Shown: one piece after another, positions 8,624 to 18,514 of the stretch
How positions within the stretch are numbered: position 1 is the first letter of the stretch
Layout: each line of letters begins with the position of its first letter
Source: Myxococcales bacterium
Lineage (GTDB): Bacteria > Myxococcota > Myxococcia > Myxococcales > Anaeromyxobacteraceae
Assembly: GCA_038320275.1 (NCBI GenBank)
Contig: JBBQEB010000021.1
Location: forward strand, 1-33,828
Direction of reading: 5' to 3'
DNA: 33,828 nt
Made by a program: the position numbers and the translations under genes
Notes under the pieces: model-generated
The model's database searches: none
What the model was told of the DNA's origin: nothing
Seen by the model: only the letters and a program-made list of their open reading frames with translations

Positions 8624-11600
8624 GGGAGGGCCTCGATGGCATCGCCGCGCGGGACGGCTTGCCCACCGCGGGCCCGGAGTTGCCGCAGCAGCGCCTGCGC
8701 CGGATGCGGGATGCGGATGCCGTCCACGATCTTGGCCTGCGAGCGGCAGGAGTAGCCCGTCGCGAGCGCGTCGGTCGCGCCCGCGGGCCCGGCCAGGTGG
8801 CGGCCCCAGCTCATGCGGTAGATGGCGGTGGACGTGTCGCGGTGGTGTGCCAGGTGCCCGTAGGTTCCCGCCATGCCGCAGCAGCCCACCGCCTCGATGC
8901 GGAGCCCGAGCCCGAACCGCTCGAACACCGCCTGCCACTGCCCCAGCGAGGCAGGGGCGTTGGTGCGCTCGGTGCAGTGGCCGAGGAGCCGGTAGGTGCG
9001 CTGCACCTGCGCGCGGGGCCAGGAGGAGACGTGGCTCGCGAGCCACTCCTGGAGGAGCAGGACGTTCGGGGCGCGCTCCTTGCCCAGCGCTCCGGCGTAC
9101 TCGCTGCGATAGGTGAGCGACATGGCGGGATCGATCCCCACCAGCGGCACGCCGGTGCTGCCGAGGCCCTGCAGGACCGCCGCGTTCTTCGCCGCGGCGC
9201 GCCCGAAGGCGAAGCGGAAGCCGTGGATGTGGAGCGCCTTGCCGTTCGGGCGCAGCGGCGCCAGCCAGGGCCGCACGCCGAGCTCGCGCAGGAGATCGAG
9301 CACGTCGAGCACGAGCCCAGTCTCGAAGTAGCGGGTGAAGGCGTCCTGCACGATGACGACGCTCCGCGCGCGCTCGGGGGGCGAGAGCGCTCGCAGCGCG
9401 GCAGGCGTCGCCACCTCCACCCCGCGGGCCGCGAGCTCCCGGCCAAACCGCACCCGCGATAGGAGCGGGACGGAGGTGAGCCCGACGAGCCGCACCAGCG
9501 CTCGTCCCACCGCGCTGCCGGCGACGGCGTTGTAAACCGGCGCGAGCCGTGCCAGGAGCGGGAGCACGCTCTCCAGCCGTCCGATGAGGTGATCGCGCAG
9601 CGGCCGCAGGAAACGGCCGTGGTACAGGCCGATGAAGCGGGACCGCAGCTCGGTGACGTCCACCTTGATCGGGCACTGGCCCGAGCACGCCTTGCACGAG
9701 AGGCAGCCGTCCATGGCCTCCATCACCTCGTGCGAGAAGTCGCGCCTGCCGAGCGCGCGGCCGAGGGTGTGCGCGGCCCGAAGCGGCAGGGTCCAGATCG
9801 CCGAATGGGAGCGCCGCTCCTCCGCGAGAGGATCGCGCCCCGCCCCCACGAGCAGCCGCAGCCACTCGCGGAGCAGGACCGCGCGGCCCTTGGGCGAGTG
9901 ACGCCGGTCGCGCAGCGCCTTCCAGGACGGGCACATGGCGCTGTCCGCGTCGAAGTCGTAGCAAAGCGCGTTGCCGTTGCACTGGAGCGCGCCCTCGAAG
10001 CTGTGGCGCGTCTCGATGGGGATGGGGCGCTCGGCCTGCCCGCGGGTGGGGAGGCCGTCGATGGTGAGGAGCTGTCCACCGGGCGGGGTCGCGATCTTCC
10101 CCGGGTTGAGCTGGTTCCGCGGATCGAAGGCCACCTTGAGCGCCTGGAGCGCCGGATAGAGCGGCCCGAAGAACGCCGGCGCGTACTCGGATCGAACGCC
10201 CTTGCCGTGCTCGCCCCAGAGGAGCCCGTCGTACTTCTTGGTGAGCCGCGCCACCTCGTCCGTCACCAGGCGAATGAGCGGCTCCTGCGCGGGGTCGCGC
10301 ATGTCCACGGCCGGGCGGACGTGCAGCACGCCCGCATCGACGTGCCCGAACATGCCGTAGGCGAGGCCGCGCGCGTCGAGGGCTGCGCGCAGCTCGGCGA
10401 TGTAGTCGGCGAGATGGGCGGGGGGAACGGCCGTATCCTCCACGAACGGGATGGGCCGAGCCTCCCCCGGGCGATTTCCGAGCAGCCCCACGCCCTTCTT
10501 TCGCATCGACCAGACGCGCTTCACGTCGGCGCCGCGCGCGACCGTGTGTCCGCGCCGGCCGCGCGCCCCGCCCTCCGCCGCGAGCGCCGCGAGGAGCCGC
10601 GTCAGGGGCTCCTCCACCTCCTCCGGCGTCTGCCCCACGAGCTCGATGAGGTTCACCGCCTGAGCGGGGCCCTCCGGGTCGTCGGGGAAGAAGGCGCGCA
10701 CCTCGTGCCAGACGATGTCCTTGCGCGCCAGGTCGAGCACGGTGCCGTCCACCGTCTCGATGGACGAGGGAGCAAAGCCCATGAGCGCCGGCGCGTCCCG
10801 CAGCGCGCCGTCGAAATTCCCGTAGCGCAGGCACACCAGCGCGGTGTGTCGCGGCAGGGGGACGGCGTTCAGCTTCGCCTCCACCACGATGCCGAGCGTC
10901 CCCTCCGAGCCGCACAGGACGGAGTTGAGGTCGAACCGGCCCCGCGCGTCCCGCACGTGCGCGAGGTCGTAGCCGGTGAGGCAGCGGTTGAGCCGCGGAA
11001 AGTGCTGCCGGACCAGCTCCTCGTTGTCGCGGTGGATGGCGTCGAGCGCCCGGTGCACCGCGCCGGCGTGGTCGCCGCGCGCCTTCACGCGGGCCAGCTC
11101 CTCATCGTCCATGGGCGAGGAGCGCCAGAGCGTGCCGTCCGCCAGCACGGTGGCGAGCTCGAGGACGTGGTCGCGCGTCTTGCCGTGGACGCACGAGCCC
11201 TGGCCGCTGGCGTCGGTGTTCACCATCCCGCCCAGCGTGGCGCGGTTGGAGGTGGAGAGCTCGGGGGCGAACAGGAGCCCGTGCGGCGCGAGCGCGGCGT
11301 CGAGCTGGTCCTTCACGACGCCCGCCTCGACCCGAGCCCAGCGCCCCGCTGGATCGATCTCCAGGATGCGATTCATGTGGCGGGATAGGTCCACGACCAC
11401 GCCCGTGGTGAGCGACTGGGCGTTGGTGCCGGTGCCGCCGCCGCGGGCGGCGAGGTGCACCCCGGCGAAGCGAGGCTCGGCTGCGAGGCGCATCACCCGC
11501 TGCACGTCCTCGGCATGGCGCGGGTAGAGGATGGCCGCCGGCGGGAGCTGGTAGATGGAGTTGTCGGTGGCGAGGACCGTCCGGTCGCCGTGGCTCAGCG

Positions 11601-11694
11601 AGACCTCTCCGTCGAAGGCCCCGGCGCGGAGCGCCTCCGCGAAGGCTCGATCGATGCCCGGGGGCGCCGGAGGTGGTGGGATGCGCGGGATCAT
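8620..11694 (-). CDS. ydiJ: YdiJ-like FAD- and Fe-S-binding 2-hydroxyacid dehydrogenase (D-2-hydroxyglutarate dehydrogenase-like)
   Basis: TDNSIYQ, RGGGTG, GSEGTLG, GHVDAGVLHVRP, GEHGKG, CNGNALC...MCP, CLSCKACSGQCP, GCCG and GYSCRSQ; 1024 aa. Confidence 0.9.
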   Translation of the reverse strand: MIPRIPPPPAPPGIDRAFAEALRAGAFDGEVSLSHGDRTVLATDNSIYQLPPAAILYPRHAEDVQRVMRLAAEPRFAGVHLAARGGGTGTNAQSLTTGVVVDLSRHMNRILEIDPAGRWARVEAGVVKDQLDAALAPHGLLFAPELSTSNRATLGGMVNTDASGQGSCVHGKTRDHVLELATVLADGTLWRSSPMDDEELARVKARGDHAGAVHRALDAIHRDNEELVRQHFPRLNRCLTGYDLAHVRDARGRFDLNSVLCGSEGTLGIVVEAKLNAVPLPRHTALVCLRYGNFDGALRDAPALMGFAPSSIETVDGTVLDLARKDIVWHEVRAFFPDDPEGPAQAVNLIELVGQTPEEVEEPLTRLLAALAAEGGARGRRGHTVARGADVKRVWSMRKKGVGLLGNRPGEARPIPFVEDTAVPPAHLADYIAELRAALDARGLAYGMFGHVDAGVLHVRPAVDMRDPAQEPLIRLVTDEVARLTKKYDGLLWGEHGKGVRSEYAPAFFGPLYPALQALKVAFDPRNQLNPGKIATPPGGQLLTIDGLPTRGQAERPIPIETRHSFEGALQCNGNALCYDFDADSAMCPSWKALRDRRHSPKGRAVLLREWLRLLVGAGRDPLAEERRSHSAIWTLPLRAAHTLGRALGRRDFSHEVMEAMDGCLSCKACSGQCPIKVDVTELRSRFIGLYHGRFLRPLRDHLIGRLESVLPLLARLAPVYNAVAGSAVGRALVRLVGLTSVPLLSRVRFGRELAARGVEVATPAALRALSPPERARSVVIVQDAFTRYFETGLVLDVLDLLRELGVRPWLAPLRPNGKALHIHGFRFAFGRAAAKNAAVLQGLGSTGVPLVGIDPAMSLTYRSEYAGALGKERAPNVLLLQEWLASHVSSWPRAQVQRTYRLLGHCTERTNAPASLGQWQAVFERFGLGLRIEAVGCCGMAGTYGHLAHHRDTSTAIYRMSWGRHLAGPAGATDALATGYSCRSQAKIVDGIRIPHPAQALLRQLRARGGQAVPRGDAIEALP

Positions 11695-11697
11695 GCG

Positions 11698-13032
11698 TCA
11701 GTGCGGCGAAGGGCTCGTGACGGCCGCCGCGCCGCGACGGGCCACGGCGCTGGCGACGAGGATCCCGATCGCTCCCGCCGCGGTGAGGAACGCGAGCGGA
11801 AGCAGTCCGAGCGCGTAGCTGTGGGTCCTGTCCTTGATGACCCCGAGCAGGTAGGTGCCCACGAAGCCGCCCAGGTTGCCGATGGCGTTGATCTGCGCGA
11901 TGCCCGCGGCGGCCGAGGAGGCGGCGAGCCAGCCTGTGGAGAGCGCCCAGAAAGGTCCCTTGAAGCAGTAGGTCCCGATGACCGCCGCGCAGAGGATGAC
12001 GATCGTTGCGGCGAGGGAGCCCCCCACGAAGCCCGCCGCGACGAGGCTCACCGCGATCAGCGCGGAGGGGATCGCGGTGTGCCACACCCGCTCGCGGGTC
12101 CGGTCGGAGTGGCGGCCCCAGAGCACCATCGCCACGGAGGCCACGCCGAACGGCACCGAGTTGAGGAGGCCGGTCTGCATGTTGGTGAGGCCGAACGACT
12201 TGATGATCTGGGGCTGCCAGATGGAAAGGCAGACGCTCGCGCCGGTGCCTCCGGCGTACACGATCGCGGCGACGAGCACGTAGGGGTTCGAGAGCACGCG
12301 CCAGAGGGAACTGTGCGGCACGGTGGTCTTCGCCTTCATCTCGCCCTCCAGCGTCCGGACGAGCCAGGCGCGCTCCTCCGGGAGGAGCCACTTGGCGTCG
12401 TTGGGTCCGTTGCGCAGGACTGCGAGCGTCAGCACGCCCAGGATCACGGCGGGCACTGCCTCCACGATGAACATCCACTGCCACCCGCGCAGCCCGGAGG
12501 TGCCGTGCAGCCCCAGCAGAGCGGCCGAGATCGGCGAGCCGATGAAGCTCGACGCCGGGATGGCCACCATGAAGATGGCGATGATGCGGGCGCGGTGCTT
12601 CGCCGGGAACCAGTAGGTCAGGTAGAGGATGACGCCCGGGAAGAACCCCGCTTCGGCGGCGCCGAGCAGGAAGCGGAGCCCGTAGAAGGACTTCGGCCCC
12701 ACCACCAAGGCCATACAGCCCGCGATGATGCCCCAGGTGATCATGATGCGCGCGATCCAGACTCGCGCGCCCACCTTCTGCATGATGAGGTTGCTCGGCA
12801 CCTCGAGGAAAAAATACGAGATGAAGAAGACCGCGCCGCCGAAGCCGAACTGGGACGAGGACAGCCCCACGTCCTTGTTCATCTGCAGCGCGGCGAAGCC
12901 CACGTTCACGCGGTCGACGTAGGCGATGAAGTAGCAGAGCATGAGGAACGGGATGAGCCGCCAGGTCACCTTCTTGAGCGTGGCGGTCTCCAGGGCGGAT
13001 ACGGCCGGCATCACTGCGGGTGCGCTTGGCAT
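11698..13032 (-). CDS. MFS transporter, anion:cation symporter family (TtuB tartrate-transporter-like)
   Basis: WRLIPFL, DRVNVGFA, EVPSN, WIARIMITWG, RFLLGAAEAGFFPG, LRGWQWMF and INAIGNLGGF. Confidence 0.92.
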   Translation of the reverse strand: MPSAPAVMPAVSALETATLKKVTWRLIPFLMLCYFIAYVDRVNVGFAALQMNKDVGLSSSQFGFGGAVFFISYFFLEVPSNLIMQKVGARVWIARIMITWGIIAGCMALVVGPKSFYGLRFLLGAAEAGFFPGVILYLTYWFPAKHRARIIAIFMVAIPASSFIGSPISAALLGLHGTSGLRGWQWMFIVEAVPAVILGVLTLAVLRNGPNDAKWLLPEERAWLVRTLEGEMKAKTTVPHSSLWRVLSNPYVLVAAIVYAGGTGASVCLSIWQPQIIKSFGLTNMQTGLLNSVPFGVASVAMVLWGRHSDRTRERVWHTAIPSALIAVSLVAAGFVGGSLAATIVILCAAVIGTYCFKGPFWALSTGWLAASSAAAGIAQINAIGNLGGFVGTYLLGVIKDRTHSYALGLLPLAFLTAAGAIGILVASAVARRGAAAVTSPSPH

Positions 13033-13061
13033 CGGGATCCTCGCCTCACGTCTTCGGACCA

Positions 13062-13140
13062 GGTTCGACCTGCCCGTCCACCCTCGGGATCCGCCTGCCG
13101 CGGGCGGGCGCCGCCGAGGGCGAACGGGATCTCGAAAACC
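13062..13140. repeat. About 80-nt imperfect inverted repeat between the fumarase and MFS genes
   Basis: Nested arms GGTTCGA/TCGAAAACC, CCCGT/ACGGG, CCCTCGG/CCGAGGG and CGCCTGCC/GGCGGGCG around a 3-nt loop. Confidence 0.6.
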
Positions 13141-13143
13141 TCG

Positions 13144-14766
13144 CTACAGCCCCAGCTTCTTGAAGAAGTCGTTCCCCTTGTCGTCCACCAGGATGAAGGC
13201 CGGGAAGCTCTCGACCTCGATCCGCCACACCGCTTCCATCCCGAGCTCGGGGAAGTCGATGCACTCCACCTTCTTGATGTTCTCCTCCGCCAGCACCGCC
13301 GCCGGACCGCCGATGGAGCCGAGGTAGAAGCCCCCGTACTTCTTGCAGGCGTCGGTCACCTGCTGGCTGCGGTTGCCCTTCGCGATCATCACCATCGACG
13401 CGCCGTGCGACTGGAGCAGTTCGACGTAGGAGTCCATGCGTCCGGCGGTGGTCGGCCCGAACGAGCCAGAGGCCTTGCCCTTGGGCGTCTTCGCCGGACC
13501 GGCGTAGTACACCGGGTGGTCCTTCAGGTACTGCGGCACGCCCTTGCCCGCGTCGATGAGCTCCTTGAACTTGGCGTGCGCGATGTCGCGGGCGACGACG
13601 ATGGTGCCGTCGAGGAGCAGCGGGGTGGAGACGGGGTGCTGGGAGAGCTCCGCCTGGATCTCCTTCATCGGCCGGTTCAGGTTCACGCGCACGCCGTGCT
13701 CGTGCTTGCCGGTCCGGTACGGCGCCGGGATGAGGCGGCCCGGATCGTGGTCCAGCTCCTCGATCCAGATGCCATCCCTGTCGATCTTCGCCTTCACGTT
13801 GCGATCGGCGGAGCAGGAGACGGCGATGCCGATGGGGAGGGAGGCGCCGTGGCGCGGCAGGCGGACCACCCGCACGTCGTGGGCGAAGTACTTGCCGCCG
13901 AACTGGGCGCCGATGCCGAGCTTGTTGGCCGCCTGGAGCAGTTTCTCCTCGAGCTCCAGGTCGCGGAACGCCACGCCCTCGCCGCCACCGGTGGTGGGCA
14001 GGCCGTCGTAGTAGCGGGTGGAGGCGAGCTTCACCGTCTTGAGGCAGGAGTCGGCCGAGGTGCCGCCGATGGCGACGCCGATGTGGTACGGCGGGCAGGC
14101 GGCGGTGCCGAGGTACTTGAACTTCTCGACGAGGAAATTCTCCAGCTTCTCGGGCGTCAGGGTCGCCTTCGTCTCCTGGAAGAGCATCGTCTTGTTGGCC
14201 GAGCCGCCACCCTTCGTGACGAAGAGGAATTTGTACTCGGCGCCCGGCGTCGCGAGGATGTCGATCTGGGCCGGCAGATTGTTGCCGGTGTTCTTCTCCT
14301 CGTACAGGTTGAGCGCGCTCGTCTGCGAGTAGCGCAGGTTCTCCTGGGTGTACGTCTCGTAGATGCCCTTGGAGAGCCACTCCTCGTCGTTCGCTCCCGT
14401 CCAGACCTGCTGCCCCTTCTTCGCGTAGACCGTGGCGGTGCCGGTGTCCTGGCAGATGGGCAGCTCCCCGCGCGCGGAGATCTCGGCGTTCTTCAGGAAG
14501 GCGAGCGCGACGCCCTTGTCGTTCTGCGATGCTTCGGGGTCGTCGAGGATCTTCGCCACCTGCTCGTTGTGGGACGCGCGCAGGAAGAAGGAGCACTCGC
14601 GAATGGCCTCGCGCGCGAGAAATTCGAGCGTGGAGGGCTCCACCCGGAGCATCTCCTTGCCCTCGAAGATGCCCGTCGTGATGCCCTCCTTGCCGAGGGG
14701 GCGGAACCTCGTCGGATCCTTCGCGAGGGGGAACGGGTCCTGATACTGGAACGCTGGCGTCGCCAT
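13144..14766 (-). CDS. fumA: Class I (Fe-S) fumarate hydratase, FumA/FumB-like
   Basis: [46 protein letters not shown] and DDKGNDFF; 540 aa; RBS GGAGAGG. Confidence 0.95.
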   Translation of the reverse strand: MATPAFQYQDPFPLAKDPTRFRPLGKEGITTGIFEGKEMLRVEPSTLEFLAREAIRECSFFLRASHNEQVAKILDDPEASQNDKGVALAFLKNAEISARGELPICQDTGTATVYAKKGQQVWTGANDEEWLSKGIYETYTQENLRYSQTSALNLYEEKNTGNNLPAQIDILATPGAEYKFLFVTKGGGSANKTMLFQETKATLTPEKLENFLVEKFKYLGTAACPPYHIGVAIGGTSADSCLKTVKLASTRYYDGLPTTGGGEGVAFRDLELEEKLLQAANKLGIGAQFGGKYFAHDVRVVRLPRHGASLPIGIAVSCSADRNVKAKIDRDGIWIEELDHDPGRLIPAPYRTGKHEHGVRVNLNRPMKEIQAELSQHPVSTPLLLDGTIVVARDIAHAKFKELIDAGKGVPQYLKDHPVYYAGPAKTPKGKASGSFGPTTAGRMDSYVELLQSHGASMVMIAKGNRSQQVTDACKKYGGFYLGSIGGPAAVLAEENIKKVECIDFPELGMEAVWRIEVESFPAFILVDDKGNDFFKKLGL

Positions 14767-14945
14767 GGGCCTCTCCATCCGCGGAGGAAAAGAAAGCTGG
14801 GATCCGCCGGAGCGGTCCCTCGAGCTCGATTCAGGGACGCACAGCAAACCACATCGACGGGAGGAGGTCGACCGCTCACCGACCCTTCCTGAGCATCGAC
14901 AATTTCGCGCGCTTTTCATACGTCTAGCCGCTGCGGCCACCCACG

Positions 14946-17195
14946 ATGAGCGAACTTCCCGCAACCTGGACCGAAAAGCTGCTGGACGTCACCTCGGCAT
15001 TCTCGCGAGCCCGCACCACCCAGGAGGTGGGAGAGGTGGCGGTCGGGTTGGGCGTGGAGGCGCTCGGTGCCGTCGCTGGCGCGCTGGCGCTGGTCTCCCG
15101 GGACGGCGCGGAGCTGTACCTCGTGGCGGGATCGAGCCTGCCCGGCGGAGCGGAGACGCGGACGCGGCGAGGGGTCGAGGAGAACGACCTCCTCTCGGAC
15201 GCCGCGCGCGAAGGCGCGACCGTCACCATCGAGAGCCCGGAGGAGCTCGCGCGCCGCTACCCTGACGCTGCTCGTGGGCTGCCCTGGGGCGAGGGCACCC
15301 GCATGGCGCTTCCGCTTGCCGGCGGAGGGCGGCTCCTGGGAGTCCTGGGGCTCGGGTTCGCCACCTGGACCGAGCTGCCCGGCACCTCGCGCGCCTTCGC
15401 CCAGGCGCTCGCCTCGCAGTGCGCGCAGGCCCTCGAGCGCGCGCGGCTGCTCGACGCCGAGAAGGAGGCGCGCAGGCGCCTCGCGATCATGGCGGACGCG
15501 GCCGAGGCGTTCAGCGCCCCCGACATGTCGCTGAAGGGAGTGCTGGAAGCCATCGCGAGGAGGACTTCCGAGGCGACGGGAGACGGGTGCGTCCTGCGCC
15601 TCCTCTCCGACGACGGGGTCTGGCTCGACGTGAGGGCCGCCTGGGCTCCCCCCGGGGCGGCGGAAAGCCCGTCCGCACAGGCCGGGCGTATCCCGGCGGC
15701 CGAGGGGCTCGCCGGGCACGCCCTCCGCTCGCTCGAGACTCTCTCCATCCCAGCGGTCGATCCAGCCTCCCTGGCGGAGGCGTCGGACGAGGAGCGCCGG
15801 GCATGGCTGGGCGAGGCGCGCGTCCACAGCCTGATCCTCGCCCCGCTGCACGTGGCAGGGCGTGCGCTCGGCACGCTGTCGGTCGCACGCACGCGACCGC
15901 ACGAGCCGCACGAGCAGGAGGACCGCCTGCTGGTGGAGGGCCTCTCCGGCCGCGCCGCCTCGGTGATCCAGAAGGCGCGACTGTACGACGAGATCCGGCG
16001 CAACGGCCGGCTGCTCGAGGAGACCTTGGCCCGCGAGCAGGCGGCGCGCAAGGAGGCGGAGACCGCCAACCGCTCCAAGGACGAGTTCCTCGCGATGCTC
16101 GGCCACGAGCTGCGCAACCCCCTCTCGCCGATGCTCACCGCGCTCGAGCTCATGAAGCTCCGCGGCGGCGAGGCCCATCAGCGCGAGCGCACCATCGTCG
16201 AGCGGCAGGTGCAGCACCTGGTGCGGCTGGTCGACGACCTGCTCGACGTCTCCCGCATCACCCGGGGAAAGGTCGCGCTGAAGCGGCGGCCGGTGGAGCT
16301 TCACGAGGTGGTCGCGAGCGCGCTGGAGATGGCGAGCCCGCTCCTCGAATCTCGCCGCCACCGGCTCGTGACGAGCGTCCCCCGTGCCGGGCTCCTGGTC
16401 GAGGCGGATCCCCACCGGCTGGCCCAGGTGTTCGCGAACCTGCTCATGAACTCTGCCAAGTACACCGAGCCCGGCGGCACGGTGGAGGTCCGGGGCGACA
16501 GGGAGGCGAGCCAGGTGGTCTTGCGCGTGCGCGACTCGGGGATGGGTATCGCGCCCGACCTGCTCCCCCGCGTCTTCGACCTGTTCGTGCAGGCCCACAG
16601 CGCGCTCGACCGCTCGCAAGGGGGCCTCGGCCTCGGGCTGACCATCGTCCGAACGCTGGTGCAGATGCACGGCGGCGTCGTACGCGTGGCGAGCGCCGGG
16701 CAGGGGAAGGGCAGCGAGTTCACGGTGGAGCTGCCGGCCCTGGACGCATCGGCGCTCGTCCCCAGGCCGCCTCCCCCCACCACCGCGCCGAGGGGGTCAC
16801 TGGCGGTGGCCCAGCGGGTGCTCGGGGTGGACGACAACGTGGACGCCGCGGAGGCGCTCGGCGAGGCCCTCTCCGCGCTGGGCTACTCGACGGCGACGGC
16901 CTTCGACGGCCCGGGGGCGCTGGACGCGGCGGCAAAGGAGCCGCCTCAGGTGGCCTTCCTCGACATCGGCCTGCCGGTCATGGACGGGTACGAGCTGGCG
17001 CGGAGGCTGCGCGAGCTGCTCGGCCCGTCGGTGAAGCTGGTGGCGCTCACTGGCTACGGGCAGGACCACGACCGAGCCCGCTCGCTGGACGCTGGCTTCG
17101 ACGAGCACCTGGTGAAGCCGGTCGAGCTGGCGCGCATCGAGGCGCTGCTCCACCGCGTGGCCCTCCCGCTGGGAGGCGCGGCGAGCAACGGGTGA
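14946..17195 (+). CDS. Cytoplasmic hybrid sensor histidine kinase (GAF-GAF-HisKA-HATPase-REC)
   Basis: H-box [14 protein letters not shown]-box [14 protein letters not shown] and GLGLGL. Receiver motifs VDDN, FLDIGLP, LTG and KP. Two GAF-like N-terminal segments and no obvious TM helix. Confidence 0.93.
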   Translation: MSELPATWTEKLLDVTSAFSRARTTQEVGEVAVGLGVEALGAVAGALALVSRDGAELYLVAGSSLPGGAETRTRRGVEENDLLSDAAREGATVTIESPEELARRYPDAARGLPWGEGTRMALPLAGGGRLLGVLGLGFATWTELPGTSRAFAQALASQCAQALERARLLDAEKEARRRLAIMADAAEAFSAPDMSLKGVLEAIARRTSEATGDGCVLRLLSDDGVWLDVRAAWAPPGAAESPSAQAGRIPAAEGLAGHALRSLETLSIPAVDPASLAEASDEERRAWLGEARVHSLILAPLHVAGRALGTLSVARTRPHEPHEQEDRLLVEGLSGRAASVIQKARLYDEIRRNGRLLEETLAREQAARKEAETANRSKDEFLAMLGHELRNPLSPMLTALELMKLRGGEAHQRERTIVERQVQHLVRLVDDLLDVSRITRGKVALKRRPVELHEVVASALEMASPLLESRRHRLVTSVPRAGLLVEADPHRLAQVFANLLMNSAKYTEPGGTVEVRGDREASQVVLRVRDSGMGIAPDLLPRVFDLFVQAHSALDRSQGGLGLGLTIVRTLVQMHGGVVRVASAGQGKGSEFTVELPALDASALVPRPPPPTTAPRGSLAVAQRVLGVDDNVDAAEALGEALSALGYSTATAFDGPGALDAAAKEPPQVAFLDIGLPVMDGYELARRLRELLGPSVKLVALTGYGQDHDRARSLDAGFDEHLVKPVELARIEALLHRVALPLGGAASNG

Positions 17196-18460
17196 CGCCG
17201 GGCCAGCCCTCCACCGCCTCCAGGCCGGTCAGCGCCGATGTCCGGCTGCTGTTCGCGACCCGATCGCTGCGGCTCTTCGCCTACGGCCTCTACTCGGTCG
17301 TCCTGGTGCTCCACCTCTCCGCCGCCGGGCTCTCCGAGGCCCGCATCGGCCTCCTCCTCACGCTGGCGCTGCTCGGCGACACGGTCATCTCGCTCCTCCT
17401 CACCACGCGCGCCGACCGGCTGGGGCGCAGGCGCACGCTGATGGCGGGCGCCGTGCTGATGGTGCTGGCGGGCGCGCTCTTCGCATCCACGCGCAGCTTC
17501 ACCCTCCTGCTGCTCGCCGCGACGATCGGCGTCATCAGCCCGGCCGGCAACGAGGTGGGACCGTTCCTCGCGATCGAGCAGGCCGCGCTCTCGCAGGCGG
17601 TCCCCGGGGACCGGCGCACCCAGACTTTCGCCTGGTACACGCTGGCGGGCTCCTTCGCCACGGCGCTGGGGGCGCTGGTGGGCGGCGGGACGGCGTCCCT
17701 CCTGCAGCGGCGGGGATGGAGCGCGCTCGCGAGCTACCAGGCGGTGGTGGGGTCGTATGCGTTCCTCGGGCTCGCGCTGGCGGCCGCGTTCACCCGGCTC
17801 TCGCCCGCGGCCGAGGCGCCCGCGCGCGAGGCGCCGGCGCGACCCGCCTTCCTGGCGCTCGACCTCGGGCTCCACCGCTCGCGCGGCCTGGTGCTGAGGC
17901 TGGCGGGGCTGTTCTCGGTGGACGCCTTCGCGGGCGGATTCGTGATGCAGAGCTTCGTCGCCTACTGGTTCCACCAGCGGTTCGGGGCGGATCCGGCCAC
18001 GCTGGGAGGCATCTTCTTCGTCGCGAACGTGCTGTCCGGACTCTCCGCGCTCTCGGCCTCCTGGGTGGCCTCCAGGATCGGCCTCGTCCGCACCATGGTC
18101 GCGACGCACCTGCCCTCCAACGTGCTCCTCCTCCTCGTCCCGCTCATGCCCACCCTGCCGCTCGCGATGGCGGTGCTCTTCCTGCGCTTCTCCATCTCGC
18201 AGATGGACGTGCCGACCCGGCAATCGTACACGATGGCCATCGTGGCGCCGGACGAGCGCTCCGCGGCCGCGGGCGTCACCGGGATCGCGCGCACCGTCGG
18301 CTCGTCGCTGGCGCCGCTCGTCGCCGGGCCCCTCTACGCGGTGGCCTCCCTGGCGAGCGTGCCTTTCTTCATCGCCGGGGGGCTCAAGATCGCCTACGAC
18401 CTCGCGCTCCTTGCGGCCTTCCGCTCCGTGCGCCCCCCCGAGGAGGCAAAGCGGTCCTGA
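17192..18460 (+). CDS. MFS transporter
   Basis: The GTG start overlaps the kinase stop (GTGA). MFS motif A (ADRLGRRR), SPAGNEVGPF, SQMDVPTRQSY and many hydrophobic segments. Confidence 0.9.
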   Translation: MTPGQPSTASRPVSADVRLLFATRSLRLFAYGLYSVVLVLHLSAAGLSEARIGLLLTLALLGDTVISLLLTTRADRLGRRRTLMAGAVLMVLAGALFASTRSFTLLLLAATIGVISPAGNEVGPFLAIEQAALSQAVPGDRRTQTFAWYTLAGSFATALGALVGGGTASLLQRRGWSALASYQAVVGSYAFLGLALAAAFTRLSPAAEAPAREAPARPAFLALDLGLHRSRGLVLRLAGLFSVDAFAGGFVMQSFVAYWFHQRFGADPATLGGIFFVANVLSGLSALSASWVASRIGLVRTMVATHLPSNVLLLLVPLMPTLPLAMAVLFLRFSISQMDVPTRQSYTMAIVAPDERSAAAGVTGIARTVGSSLAPLVAGPLYAVASLASVPFFIAGGLKIAYDLALLAAFRSVRPPEEAKRS

Positions 18461-18514
18461 ACCTCGCGCCCGGGCCCCTGGCATCCGGGCGCGACGCGGC
18501 GCATCCTTCCCGCC

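Noticed and set aside
8624..10915. N-terminal 764 aa of the 1187-aa ORF, suggesting a giant LarA fusion
   Set aside because: It overlaps ydiJ in another frame. The recognisable protein begins at the ATG at 8623, which is coupled to the ydiJ stop.
11455..14892. 1145-aa plus-strand ORF and similar long ORFs (e.g. 25638-28604, 9589-11388, 5700-7646, 28556-30703)
   Set aside because: Antisense or off-frame shadows of well-supported genes. They are low-complexity (Arg/Gly/Ala/His-rich), as is typical of high-GC DNA.
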